64,000 bases of DNA from Podarcis vaucheri (GCA_965113315.1 OZ220365.1); one strand, 5' to 3'. Counted from the first letter of the stretch, positions 11,131 through 24,374 are shown. The notes: a model not told the origin generated them from the sequence alone. A program made the numbers and translations.

Positions 11131-12584
11131 AGGAAGGAAAAGGAGGCATGCAAGGCCATTCTGTCAGCACCGATGACAGATCAGCAATTTTTGGCATCTC
11201 CATTCCTTTGGCCTTTCCAAACTTGTAACTAAGAACATGTAGCTGAGTTTGCATCTTTCCTCTTTCCTTCCAATCATTTTCCTTTTGTGTCATGTCTCTT
11301 AGGATTGTAGGCCTGGGGACAGGGACTGTCTTCTTTCTTTTAAAAAATGGTCTGTACATTGCTTTCAGAGGGATGTAGAGAGGAGGGGTGACATTATTTA
11401 ATCAGATCAAACAAAAGTTATAAGGATTCTGAGAACCAGTTCACACAGCCATCATTTACATGGCCCAACTTGGTTGTGTGAAATGCCTATCATAGAGTTA
11501 GGTATCACATGCAAAACTTGTATGGTGAATGCAGTGCCTGTCAGTGAGAAAAGAGCTTTATGATGTGGTGTAAATTGTCCCCAACTAGACACAGATTTGT
11601 GATATTTGGCTTCGTCCCTTACGACTTTCTGCCGACCAGAGACAAGTTTCCTTTTCCATGGATCATTGTCTTGCTGAACAGATGATGTTTTATGTTTTGA
11701 GACCTGTTTAGGGCTTTTGATCTGCTGAGCTTATATCTTTTATATTATTTGGTTATGAATGCCTGCATTTAAATTGTTGCAAACTGCTCAGAGCAAAGCA
11801 CTGCAAGTATATTGAAAAGACAGGATATATTAGGGCAAAACTATCAGTTTCTTTTCCCCTCCATTTCTCATTTTTCCAGTCTTCAGTCCTCCACTTTTCC
11901 ATATCAATTTGAGATTTATTTTAAGTCCTCATGAACATTTTAGTATGAATTTCTGCTAATAGACTTTTTTTTTTTTTTTACAATAGACATGTTTTTCCTA
12001 AGTGATTTCCCCTAATGCAATGTAGTTTTTGAAAGTTGTTTTCACGAATATATGCATTTTTAATGCCTACTTTATGCTAGCATGGACATATTTGTACAAA
12101 TTACTTGGCTAACTGCATAGCAAAATTTAGGAAAGTGTCTTGGTTTGTGTATTGCTTTGTGAAAATTTGATAGATTCACCTTTAAATGTGAACGGGATCT
12201 AATTTTGTCCACATCCCCAGAATATGCACATCTTTATTAAATGGCATTTCCCCCCAAAATGCACCTTTGCCTGATCTTGTGTTATACCTCCTTGCTCTTT
12301 TCTTTGATGTTCCTGATAAGAAGTGGCAAGCCTTTCAAGTAGAGCTAATTTGAGAGGAGAACTTGCAATGAGAAGTTATCAAAAAGCTTCTTCGGTACAA
12401 TGAACTATCTTGTCTTCTATGAACCTTTTGATAGCTTCGTAAGCATTAGTGGGACCTTCTGTGTATTATGACCACCCTAATGATCGACTTGTGGAGAAAA
12501 CCAAAGGTTCTGGCACTCTTAAGAGCGAATGTAATTAAACCAGTAGGTCAGAAGCAGAATAAATTGTGCAGCAACAGGAGAACT

Positions 12585-12719
12585 NNNNNNNNNNNNNNNN
12601 NNNNNNNNNNNNNNNNNNNNNNNNNNNNNNNNNNNNNNNNNNNNNNNNNNNNNNNNNNNNNNNNNNNNNNNNNNNNNNNNNNNNNNNNNNNNNNNNNNNN
12701 NNNNNNNNNNNNNNNNNNN
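12585..12719. other. Assembly gap (N run)
   Basis: Run of N. Confidence 1.
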
Positions 12720-13002
12720 AGAAGGTGGGTTCCATCCTCATTCTTACTCCTAGCTATTATGAGACAGTTGATTCGGGACAAGGGTAGCAGTGAATTAAGC
12801 TCTTTGCAAGCCAGGGTAATGATTTCCTTTTGGAGATGATGCAGTATAAAAATAGCTGTGTTGCATAAGCATTTCAAATCTCCCTTTGAAGAATGTCAAA
12901 AGGTAGAGAATCTGCACCTTGCTGCCTTCACTTTCCAATGATTAGGCATGCTTGCTTTGGAGACCTTACTTAGGACCCTGTCAAATAATCAAAAGGCAGG
13001 CT

Positions 13003-13318
13003 TTCTAATGAGGCTGTTTCCCATACTATTTTATACCATTGGTCTATGCTTACTCCTGACAGGTCTCTCCAGTGTCTGGCTATGATGTTTCTGGCTGCTG
13101 AAAGTAGGTGGGTTATGAGCTCTTTGTGTTGTGAGTGGGCATTATTGTCTTGGAAGATGTTTAGTAGGGCCAGTTCTGGAATAGCTTCTAATACTGTCTT
13201 AGTTATTTTGAATATTTCTTACATGATTGATGTCCAGAAAAGTTGGATTTTAGGACACTCCCACCACACGTGGAGGTATGTGCCTGTGGAGGTGCATCCT
13301 CTCCAGCATTTTTCACCT
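13003..13318 (-). mobile_element. L1 LINE ORF2 C-terminal fragment
   Basis: Manual minus-strand translation KCWRGCTSTGTYLHVWWECPKIQLFW..*..LLSAARNIIARHWR matches the L1 Cys-rich CCHC region, with an in-frame stop. Not in the ORF track. Confidence 0.85.
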
Positions 13319-13434
13319 ATTTCCCCCTTTTCTTCCTAATGTAACACTAATGTCACCAAAAAAATGAAACTGATCTGTAGAAAATGTAACTTGAAAAAAG
13401 ACACATTGCACATTCTTTTGAAAACAAAAAAATC

Positions 13435-14010
13435 TGTGCTGGTCCCGGGGGGAAGGTTACCGTTGGCGTAGTCAGAGTCCGGTCCTGGGTCACTAGCCTG
13501 GAAACAGTTCACAAGGAGCAGGGCGAGGTCCGAAGCAGGAAGCCGGGCGGGGACAGGAACCCTGGAGGGTCAGGTCTGGGTCCGGGCAGGAACAGGTACT
13601 CAACAACGATGTTGCTCCCACAACCTGGGACCGGGCTGACTGGCCTTTATCTTCTCTGAGGCCAGGGGCGGCCCCGGCCCCCAGGAGACCCGCCTCTCCT
13701 GGCCTTAAGGTGAGCACTCCTCCTGGGAGAAACCAGTTCCCTTCGCCTCTCTGCCCTGAGCCTCTGCAGTTCAGGAGAGGCTGAAGGGTTACTGGGCCCA
13801 GGGGGAGACTCACCTGTAGGCACTGAGTCCTCAACCACCTCTGGAGCCGGAGTGGATTCACCTGGTGCCTGCTCCTGAGGATCCGGCACAGGTGCAGGCG
13901 CTTCAGAATCAAGGCCCTGCCCCAGTTCAGCTGGCCCTGGAGGTGGGGACTCCTGTGCAGGCTGTGATTCCTCCGGTTCACCCTCTGAATCGGATTCCCA
14001 GGCAATCACA
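13435..14010 (-). mobile_element. Solo LTR of an LTR retrotransposon (probably Gypsy-like), 576 bp
   Basis: TGTG...CACA termini, 5-bp TSD AAATC (13430-13434 and 14011-14015), sharply GC-rich against the flanks. Orientation inferred from the ORF and a TATA-like AGATAAAGG on the minus strand. Confidence 0.85.
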
Positions 14011-14098
14011 AAATCACACACACACACACACACACACGGCAGACTTTCCCCATCGCACTCACGGTGCCTTTGACATCCAGTGTTCTTACTGGAATTCC

Positions 14099-14235
14099 TG
14101 GGATAGCTCAGTCAATAGAGCTTCTCTGGGCTGTGGGTTTGAGCCCCGCATTGGGCAAAAGATTCCAGCATTGCAGGGGTGGACTAGATGACCCTAGTGG
14201 CCTCCTTCCAACTCTACAATTCTATGATTCTGTGA
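14099..14235 (+). mobile_element. Squam2-like tRNA/CR1-tail SINE (internally deleted)
   Basis: GGGATAGCTCAGTC..GGGTTTGAGCCCC..TTGGGCAAAAGATTCC..ACAATTCTATGATTCT. Confidence 0.75.
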
Positions 14236-17200
14236 TCTGTCTAAAACGAATAATGATTTTGTTGATTAAACTGGTCTTCCGGGAGGGTCACTGTGAAGAG
14301 TCTGTTGATTGCGCCTGAAATGCAGTACTTTTAACACATACCATACATGCTGATCTTAGTTCCAATTTTTATGGTGGATAATCTGGTACACCTTTGCCCT
14401 ACAGGACAATTTATTTTTTTCTCAACATGCTGCTCCTTATACTCTGGTGCTAGCTGACTTCTGTGCTTCCGTGGGGGCGGCTCTGATCTCCAGACCTGCA
14501 AGTATATCTTGCCGCATCAATTTATAGAAACATTTCTGTGCAAATCAAGGCGATTTGCATAGGATAATTTACATCAGAAAGTTTTCCATCCACATTAGAA
14601 AATGTTCTGATTCTCCAGAGAGTGATCTAATTTAGCATGTTTATTTTAGCTGTATTTAGTTAAAGAAAAGAAGAAGAAGAAAAAAGAAGTGGTAGAAAGC
14701 TAAAAACTTTGAAACCGCCAAGCTAGTTAAGCTAGTTGTCAAAAATCTTCAGGGAGGATAAAGTCTATCAGCTCCTACTAGCCACATTGGCTGTGTTTTG
14801 CCTCAGCTGTCCAAGACAGTAAGTCTCTGAATTTCAGCTGCTGGAAATCACAACTGTAATGAGTGATAATGCCCTCAGCTCCTGCTTCCCCTAGCTATCT
14901 GGTTGGCCATTGGGAAAACTGATTGCTGGACTAGATATTTCTTTGGCCTGACATGGCAGAACTCTCCTTATGCTCCTATTTGTAAACAACAGCATCCATT
15001 CATTGTTGCTAAAGAACTTATGCAATGGGATAGTTGCTATTACACAGGCAGTGAGGGCAAAGGTTGCCTTCCATAGCAAACACTGGCCAGCACCTTACAA
15101 GCCCATGCAATATATACCTGGGAGACTGACAAGCTCCCAGTACAATCCTTCTCACAAGCATACACACACAATTAATTACATGCATTTTGTTACATTAAAA
15201 AAAACACATGCACACCCAGAGAGAGAGAGATGAACAATGAGCTCTGTAAGAAGCTTCCAAGTATGCTATTTTATCAAAGAAACGTTCAAATCTTCTCTAA
15301 AATATTGTGGAATATGCACCATGAAGCTGGTTAGATGTGGGACTCTTCTCATGTTTTGTATCGTTTTGAATTGGTGGTGGTGGAACATCGAGTTCTATGC
15401 ATTTCTTTTTTCTTTTTGCAAGACTTCTGGCAAAAATCTCTATGAATTTTTAAAACTCCTGGCAGCTTGCAAATCTGTGAGTGAAGCAAGTGTCTACATG
15501 TCCCATTCTCACCCTGTGCGTTTCTGGGCAGTGTAACAAAGGCGCAACACAGACATACACACAATACCCTCATATATGCAAGCTTTGTGTTTTTATACAG
15601 CACAAAGGACATGTATTATAACCTGAGTGTTTTCTGGAATGTTCCATCACAAAGAGAGCTGCAGGTATAAATATTCATTCCTTAAAAGCATCTTTGTACT
15701 TTTGTGTCTCAGAGGAGAGGGGAAACATGCGTAATTCCCCCTCCCCCATAACATTTTCTGCAGCATTAACCCCCCCTTCCCCTCTCTGGGCTCTTTTTGT
15801 GTGTGTGTAAAAGACAAGTTAATATATTTTGGTGGTTCTTTTAAAGGAACAGTTGAAGGTGCGCTTTTGACAGGCACTTTCCGTTGTCATGTTACAATGG
15901 TTCCCTGTGCCATTGTTTAACAGGGGAGAGGTAATGCTGGCAGTGCAGTTTAATTGGCACAATGTTTGTGCCTTGGAAGAAGGCCTCTGTCTATGATAGA
16001 TGTTCACATGAGAAGCAGAACGATGGAAACAAACGAACAAAAAATGGTGTGCAACAAAGTTTAAACAGGGACAGCTTGCCGTAGTCAGCCTGTAGGCTTC
16101 ATTAGATAGAACCATTCCCCATTGCGTGACGTTTTGCAGGCCCGTTTTCACAGCTGTGAGAATGGGATGTGCTCGGTGCCTTAATTCTTCCTCCATACCC
16201 CTTTCATCTCTGTCTTGGTGAGTAGGGAGCCACTCTTTCCAGAAAGTTGGGTTTGATCCTAGGAACCTCCAGTTCAGTGAGCCACTTTTGGGGACAGGTA
16301 ATTGACAATCTGTAGTCTATGTCACTTCCACATATATAAGCCCGTAAGGCATTTCCATTTCTGCATTAACCTGCCACTGGTCTTTTAAGAAGTCTGCATG
16401 AGTGCTCACACACTCACATATAAATCCATGCCCCCTTTTTCAACAAAATAAAAAAAAAATCCTTCCAGTAGCACCTTAGGTAAAGGTAAAGCGACCGGAG
16501 CTCACCCCATTGTGGGGATTTGAACCATGCAGCACAGTGACTTTAGGTGACCTGGTGGTCAAAGGCACAGTGCTTTTCAAGCTCCTATGACCAGCTGATC
16601 ATTGGTGCTTGCAAAGCACAGGACTCAGACACCAGTTGACCGTTGCAAAGCCCTGTGTACAATGCTCAGCAAGCAAGTCCCAATGTTCAGCTGATCACCA
16701 CTACCTACATCCCTTCTTTCAGCACAGCCACGTGCCTCACACGTGACATCAGGTATAGGGCATGAGTCGTGGTTTGGCTGAAATGGTCACACAGGCCAAA
16801 TCGGGAGGCCTGGTGACCCTAATAAGGCTCATGAGCCAGATGTTCCTCAGCACTGTTCCAGCAGATTTCAAACTTCCTACACAACATGAACATTTTCCAC
16901 ATTTATATGACCGCTAGGCCACTGATTCTGTGACATGTTTCCAGGATGCACTTGCCCTCAACTGCAATTTCCTGCTCCTCTGAGTAGGTTTCACTGTAAT
17001 CCATATGATTGGTTGACAATGACTATGCCATCCAAACACCCAGAAGTCTACACAGAAACTGGCATGCCTTGGAATGGATGAACATGTCTTCTTCTTTTAA
17101 TTGCCAGACTAGCCCAGTGTGTTTGATGAGAACTGTCTGGCTTTCTTGGTTGAACTCCATATTAACGGTCCTACTATATGGCTTGCTAGTGGGTGTTTCA

Positions 17201-17770
17201 TGCTGCTAGTTTCCTTTGGTTGAGCAGCAACATATCCAAAGCTTGTAAATACTCAGCACCTTTGCCGAGCGAGGGTTACTTCCAGACATGCAGCCTTGAC
17301 GGAAATTGCTTCTGCTCCTCATCCTTAATTGCACTGGTTCAAATATTATTTCATTGAAAATGCCACCAGAAAACAGCAGTTGTCAAGCAAAAGCCCATCT
17401 GCAGAGCTTCCGAACGGCAAGGCTAAGATGCAAAAATTGCTGTGGCCTACAGTGGAAGTTCCCAGCAATCTTCCTTTCACTTCTGTCAGTCCAGTGCTTT
17501 AATCTGCAGTTTGCTGGGCTGAAGCTGTCCATCTGCAGCGTTAGAGTGCACCAAGGAAGATTCACAGCCTTTGTTCAGAGTGAGAAGGAAGCATGAGCGA
17601 TGAGGATATCAGATAATTCCAGTGGAAGTGGGAGCAACAATCGCTTATTTGTCTCGTGCGTAGAACAGAAATTCGCTATCCGCTGTGGTTTTTAGTCTGC
17701 AAGCAATACGTAATTGATTAGCCGCCACACCTCCCGCCTCAGTATGCCTGTGGTGATCATGTAACATTTT

Positions 17771-17789
17771 GCCACAATGAATGGTGAGA
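17771..17789 (+). other. Candidate start codon plus splice donor (3' end of a possible first coding exon)
   Basis: GCCACAATGAATG|GTGAGA: Kozak-like context, ATG at 17777, donor GT at 17784. Lies in a TE-poor, CpG-retaining block. Confidence 0.35.
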
Positions 17790-19147
17790 TTTTTGTTGGT
17801 AGCCGCACTGCAGTGGAATGGAAACAGCACAGCATGTGATGAAGATGGAGCAGAATGGAAATCAATTCCTTTTTGCAGCCCTGATGAGTGATGTGCACTA
17901 TTCTTGTTTCCAACATAATGTATAAAGTGGGAATTTTGTGCATTTTCTCCACCTTTAGAGTAGGGATAGGTGTCAATTGATTTCTAGGGCGTGCCAATTT
18001 CAGATGTGTTTATATTCATCATACCATATCATTTCTAGATTACAGTAATTGTGAGGGTTTGTTAAAATAATAACTTGATTGCATTTAATTATTATTGTAT
18101 TGCGTACCATTTTTCAGGCTTCAGAAAAGTGGCTTACAGCTTGGTCTAATGAAATAACCAAAACCAACCAATTCCTCCCAGTTGCCCAGCCCAAAAATGC
18201 TGGACAAATGTAAAGAGCAGCTTGTAGTGGAGACAACGGATGAGTTTTGTGGCTTCAGGAGGGTAGCAGTGATGAATATAAATTTAGATTCCCATAACCT
18301 TATTTTAGTAGTTGAGGAAATAATGCAGTATTCTTTTTTTAAAAAAAAAACACAACCCACATAGCCTATTGATTATTTGGGGGGGGGCACAGCCCACTGA
18401 GCAAAACATAGGCTATTATTATTTTTTAGTTCCAGCAGTCATTTCTGTGAAAAGATTACAGCTGTAATCATAACTGAATACTGATGTGAGTACACAAAGA
18501 GCAACTTTTTGTGTGATTCTGAGATCAGGAACAAAAGGTTGGTGATGAAAAGAAAGTTGGCTCCATAATGGATAATGGGAGTTCACATTTAATGCTTGTC
18601 CACCATGTCTCCTCCAATCATAAAGCCATTTGCTGCAAAATGTATAGCTTTGCTTTTCCCTTCTTCTTCTTTTTAAATAAACACATTCCTGAAAGCAGTC
18701 TGTCATTAAGGCCCTTTTAGCTCACGTAAATAAAAGTGGCAGTAGTAAGCTATATGCAAAAAAATATATTATTTTTTTTAAATAAATGCGTATAGAAATA
18801 GATTGATGTTGCTTTTTATGCGAACAGAGACATCAGAGAATGAATATGCAGGTGATTCCTCCCTTCTCCCCAGCTGTAATTAAAGCCATGGGAGAGTTTC
18901 TAAGCATGCAGTCAGACAGATTTGAAATGTTTCTGTGTTTTCCCGCAGCAAATGACATTTAAACATACTGTGGGTAGTTTATTTTTAAAAGATGTGTTTT
19001 TTGGTTCAAACAGAACTTGTGCACAGTTTTATCTCCCAGCAAAGAATTTGAAAGAAGCCTGACATAAAAGAGGCACATTTAGATACAGAGAGAATAAAAT
19101 ATAAATAGAATGATGGATATTAATGAGGGCTAAGAAGAAACCGAGAG

Positions 19148-19184
<37 letters not shown>

Positions 19185-19616
19185 TTTTCAGTGCTGCCAC
19201 ATGCTCGTTTCTTTACAAGATTTTCTGTTTGATAGATCTTTCGAACTTTTCCATCTCCGTTTGCCCCCAGCAGCCTCAGATTTATTCATTTTATTAAATT
19301 GGTATGCCGCCCTTCATCTAAAGAGTTCAGGGCGGTTCACAGCATAAATTAGCATCTTCGATGCACAGCCGTGCTTTGAGGTAGTTTAAGCGTGGAAAAA
19401 GCTCCATGCACACTTCCCATTTCGTACAAGGTCACACTTCTCTCTCCAGCAGTTCCGGGAAAACATTGCTAGGCTGAGGGCCAATTATCCTTCTTCAAGA
19501 CCTTCCGAGGGTCACATGCTGGGGTGGGCAAGGCTAGAAGCAAAACGATGAATGTGGCTTTTCCCTGTATGCACTCGGCCAGTTTCTATGCACAGTTAAC
19601 TCCTCTCTGTCCTTTA

Positions 19617-19858
19617 CAGTGGTACCTCGGGTTAAGAACTTAATTCGTTCTGAAGGTCTGTTCTTAACCTGAAACTGTTCTTAACCTGAAGCACCACTTT
19701 AGCTAATGGGGCCTGCTGCTGCTGCCGCGCCACTGCTGCACAATTTCTGTTCTCATCCTGAAGCAAAGTTCTTAACCTGAGGTAATATTTCTGGGTTAGC
19801 GGAGTCTGTAGCCTGAAGCGTCTGTAACCTGAAGCGTATGTAACCCGAGGTACCACTG
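19617..19858. mobile_element. Tigger-like MITE (242 bp)
   Basis: Perfect TIR CAGTGGTACCTCGGGTTA, TA TSD. Confidence 0.92.
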
Positions 19859-20018
19859 TATTCAGAAAAGGAAGAGACATGTTTCAGGCACCCAAAAGCA
19901 TTTGGGGTGTGAAGGAGATTCAGTGAGGGATGTGGCCTGGGGATAAGGGGACGAGTACAGAAGATTCCATGGAAAGACTCAGAAGGCCACATTCTGCCCC
20001 ACATTCCCCACTCCTATT

Positions 20019-20550
20019 CAGGGCTGTCTTAAGCATATCTGGCACCGTGGTGCAAAGATCCCTCCAGCACCCCCCGACAACTTCTAAACAAGGGAAGGGA
20101 TGGTAGAAAATGTCCTCTGCCTCCCCCACCGCCCCGATCCCCAGTTTGGTGGCGGTGATCAAGCAGGAAAACATGCTGGCGGACATGCTCTCCGGTGTCG
20201 GGGCACCCAAGAAGGCAGCCTGGGAAGGCTGCATGCCACCTTTTGCCAGGAAGCAGGAGGAGGACAGCGACCGGGAGCAGGGCTGTCTTTAGCAGGTACA
20301 GAGGCTTAGGAGGGAAGCTGTGCACAGCTTCCTTCCTAAGCCTCTGCGGGGATCGCTCTCCTCCTGTGGAGCCTTGGGAAGGAAGCTGCATGCCCACCAG
20401 CCATATAGTTGGCAGGCACAGCTGGTGGACGTGCAGGGAAAAGGGAGGCTGCTGGCAAAGCCGCGCAGCTTCCCCACTCGCTTGGGCGCCCCTGAGAGGT
20501 TGGCGCCCAGGCGCAACAAACCACTAACACCAATGCGGAAGACGGCTCTG
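20019..20550. mobile_element. hAT non-autonomous element (532 bp)
   Basis: CAGGGCTGTCTT..AAGACGGCTCTG termini. 8-bp TSD CTCCTATT / CTCCTGTT. Ends shared with 24731-25036. Confidence 0.85.
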
Positions 20551-21021
20551 CTCCTGTTTTAAGTCCTGGGGATGAAGGAGCATGGAGGCTGGCTTGCTGG
20601 CAGAGAACTTTAAGATTCAGCACCATTCCCTTCCTGCCCGTTTCAGAGCCTTCTCACTCCAGCAGTGACAGGATCGGGATCCATAGCGACTGCAGGCTCT
20701 CAAGTCCCCCCAAATTGTCTCAGGGAGTTTCAGGGGACATTGCAGCCTCAGTTTCCTCCTCATCTCTGTCAGAGCCTTTCCAGATCATGGGAAAGCAGCC
20801 GCCATGGCTGCAGCGCAATCAGATGTCTCTTGAGGGCCACATCCGTGACCAACAGCTTCTAGCCATGGTGGCTATGTTCTATATCCACTGTTTGAAGCAG
20901 TAAGCCTCCAAGTACCAGCTGCTGGGGGACCTGCAGGTGAACAGAGTACTGTTGCCCTCCTATCCAGCTTGCACACTTCTCAGTGTCTTCTGGTTGGCCA
21001 CTGTGAGAATAGGATGCTGGA

Positions 21022-21358
21022 TGATGATTGATTGATTTATATCCCACCCATCTGCCTGGATTTCCCCAGCCACTCTGGGTAGCTCTCAACAGAAGATTAA
21101 AAACACGATAAAACATCAGACATTAAAAACTTCCCAAAAACAGGGTTACCTTCAGATGTCTTCTCAAAGTCAGATAGTTGCTTATTTCCTTGACATCTGG
21201 TGGGAGGGCGTTCCACAGAGCGGGCACCACTTCTGAGAAGGCCCTCTGCCTGGTTCCCTGTAATCTCACTTCTGGCAGTGAGAGAGTCACCAGAAGGCCC
21301 TCAGAGCTGGACCTCAGTTTCCGGGCTGAACAATGGGGGTGGAGACGCTCCTTCAGGA
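21022..21358 (-). mobile_element. L2 LINE 3' end
   Basis: Reverse complement of the L2 tail (CCCAGCCACTCTGGG, GAAGGCCCTCTGCCTGGTTCCCTG). Confidence 0.8.
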
Positions 21359-22882
21359 GGCTCCAGCAAGCTCATCCTATGTTCTTGCAGCTCAATGTGG
21401 CTTCAGTGCTCAGACCAGTAGAGTAGCTACGACTCAGCAACCTTAAACCACTACACCTTCCTTTCCTGTTGAACGTGACGCCCCTTGTGGGTTAGACAAT
21501 TCAGCTGTGAAGGACTATAGTGCCACACTTGGAGGACATTCACCCTAGAAGATCCCATGTATAATCACTGTATTTCTAGCTAAAATGAGAGATGGGAGAG
21601 ATGGCCAGCCCTGTTAGGAAGTAGACTGAGATGAATACCTAACCTGAGGCAATATATTAATGGGGCTGTTAACCAGTGACAAAGCTGGACTTTGGTGGGA
21701 AAGTGAGCATTGTTCAGTGGTTCTCTGTGTTGTCACTCAAAAGGATCTCCGCTAGCAAATCTGGAAAGACACAGGTCTAAATCCCTCAGGGAACTGTAGC
21801 CAATTAGAGCAGTTAATACTAAATGAAATAGACCAACAATTTAACTTTGTAAAAGGCCAGTACCCTAAGTTCATCAGTTTATCACAGCCTTCACACCTGT
21901 GTTACATTTCCCAATCCAAGCTAATGTCCCTCTGTTTCCATTTTTTTTAAAAAATGCAGTTTAACGTTTTGCCTCCAAGGTTTGTGCCAGAAGGATTAAA
22001 AAAGGATTAAGATGATATATAGCTCATTAAATAGCTAACAATGTCAGGTAATCGTGCCAAGCTATATTTTTTAAATATTAATAATCAATTAACAAGAAAT
22101 ATTTTGTGTCTCGACTGCTGTAATTAAATGCTTGGCCTAAATCTCCTGCAACTATGGCTTTCTGAGTTGATATGTGTAATAAGTTATGTTATCCATCGAT
22201 CTTTTTTTGGGTTTTGTTTAATCCAGTATCTAATAATGGATCAGTGAGATATCAAGTGTGTGTGTGTATATATGCGCTCTGTTACGCCTTCACTTAGGCA
22301 TGAAATTTTGAAGTTCTATTAGTTAGGGTTGTGTGAGATTCGTTGTGTTCACCAGCTGGAAAGCACAATCTCTTAATGAAGCAGAAATAAAGAACAAAAC
22401 CAAGTTAGAAAACCCGCCCTTCTCCTTTATTACTTAGCCGGGGAAGTCTTTTAACTTTTTGCTACACTGGGTTTTGTCATTTTCTCCTCCCCACTTTCCC
22501 CCCTTTCTTTCTTTTACTCTGGGCGGGGGAATGAAAAGAGAGCTCATGATTGGCAAACCTTTGTCTCGATTCCTTAATTCATCTTGATCAATGTCTTCGT
22601 TGCTTTGGGTTTTATTCCAGTTTCTTTTTTTTAAAAAAAAAAGTGGGAGATGTGAATACTTTGTCTTCTTCACTTTGAGAGTTTTTAAGGAACTTTTAAT
22701 TTGAAAAGTGTCTAAAGCCAATGGAAGCTTTGTAAATCCCTTCCACATTTCAAAAAGGAAGGTGTTTTATTAATGAGCGATTGGAGGCTGATATGCAGTC
22801 ACATTTTTTTTAAATAAGAGAGAGAAGGAGAGAAAGGGATGTGTTTATTTAATTATTTATCACATATATATATACATATACA

Positions 22883-23098
22883 CAGTGGTACGTCGGGTTA
22901 ATTCGTTCCGGAGGTCCGTACTTAACCTGAAACTGTTCTTAACTTGAAGCACCATTTTAGCTAATGGGACCTCCTGCTGCTGCCGCACTGCCGGAGCACA
23001 ATTTCTGTTCTCATCCTGAAGCAAAGTTCTTTACCTGAAGCACTATTTCTGGGTTATTGGAGTCTGTAACCTGAAGCGTATGTAACCCGAGGTACCAC

Positions 23099-23100
<2 letters not shown>
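22883..23100. mobile_element. Tigger-like MITE
   Basis: CAGTGGTACGTCGGGTTA ... TAACCCGAGGTACCACTG. Same family as 19617-19858. Confidence 0.88.
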
Positions 23101-23130
<30 letters not shown>

Positions 23131-23207
23131 AGATAAATAATGAACAATTGGAGGGTGATATGCAGTCACATTTTTTTTTAATGAGACAGAGAAGGAGAGA
23201 AAGGGAC

Positions 23208-23335
23208 NNNNNNNNNNNNNNNNNNNNNNNNNNNNNNNNNNNNNNNNNNNNNNNNNNNNNNNNNNNNNNNNNNNNNNNNNNNNNNNNNNNNNNNNNNNNN
23301 NNNNNNNNNNNNNNNNNNNNNNNNNNNNNNNNNNN
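23208..23335. other. Assembly gap (N run)
   Basis: Run of N. Confidence 1.
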
Positions 23336-23638
23336 CAGTTAAGTCCAATCATGGACGACTCTGGGGTTGTGTGCTCATCTCGCTCTATAAGCTGAGGGAG
23401 CTGGCGTTTGTCTGCAGACAGTTTTTCCGGGTGGCCAGCATGACTAAGCCGCTTCTGGTGAACCAGAGCAGCATACGAAAACACTGTTTACCTTCCCGCC
23501 GGAGTGGTACCTATTTATCTACTTGCACTTTGACGTGCTTTTGAACTGCTAGGTGGGCAGAAGCTGAGACCGGACAATGGGATGTCACAGGGATTCGAAC
23601 CGCCAACCTTCTAATCGGCAAGCCCTAGGTTCTGTGGT
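23336..23638 (-). mobile_element. Sauria SINE (3' end lies in the gap)
   Basis: Reverse complement of the Sauria body: GTTTACCTTCCCGCC, GTACCTATTTATCTACTTGC, GGATTCGAACCGCC. Confidence 0.88.
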
Positions 23639-24374
23639 ATGTATCCTGACTTTACATAGTCAGTACCCAATAAGGTCAAGGATAATAATCACAACACTAA
23701 AAAGACAATAAAATTAACACATCCCATTGTGTGTGTATTACTCCACTGTAAAGATCCCAAAGCAGCTTATATAAAACCAATTTTTAAAAAGACTGGTCAG
23801 GACTGCAGACTTAGAAACTGAAAGACACAAAAAGATAAAAATGGGAGAGGAGGGGAGAGGAAAGCAAGCAAACTCTGGCAGCAATCCTTTTAAGTTACAT
23901 AGTACTGCTTGTAATGACAGACTAGAATGTAAATAGTCCAGGGAGAGTATAGGAGCCAAACAGAGCTGGTCTCTAAGCAAAACCAGCACAGCGGCCTTGC
24001 TTTGCATTTCTGCATGTTGCAAGATGACCACTGAGAGATGGAGATGCCTGATGGAGCTGCTCTCTCAGAAAAGAAAACAGAGTGGCCCTGCTTCCCATCT
24101 CTGCCTCTGCTGCTGAAAGAGGAGCTAAAAACAGCAGACTGCCAAAACTCAGAACCAGAAAATAATGGGGGGAAATGCAGCCTCGCAGAGAACTAATCAG
24201 CCTGGCATGTCAGAAGCCGGCAGGAACAGGAAAATCTTGATCATTCAGCAGAAGGCCAATAACAATTGCATTGACTCCGATTTAATGTGGGGGGAAACCA
24301 GAAAAGAAATTGTGTTAAGGATAGGACTGCCATTGTATAGTGGCTGGTATCTGATGTCTTTAATTATCCTCAAT

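Noticed and set aside
11164-11179. REST/RE1-like motif TCAGCACCGATGACAG
   Set aside because: It mismatches at a normally invariant G of GGACAG and has no supporting context.
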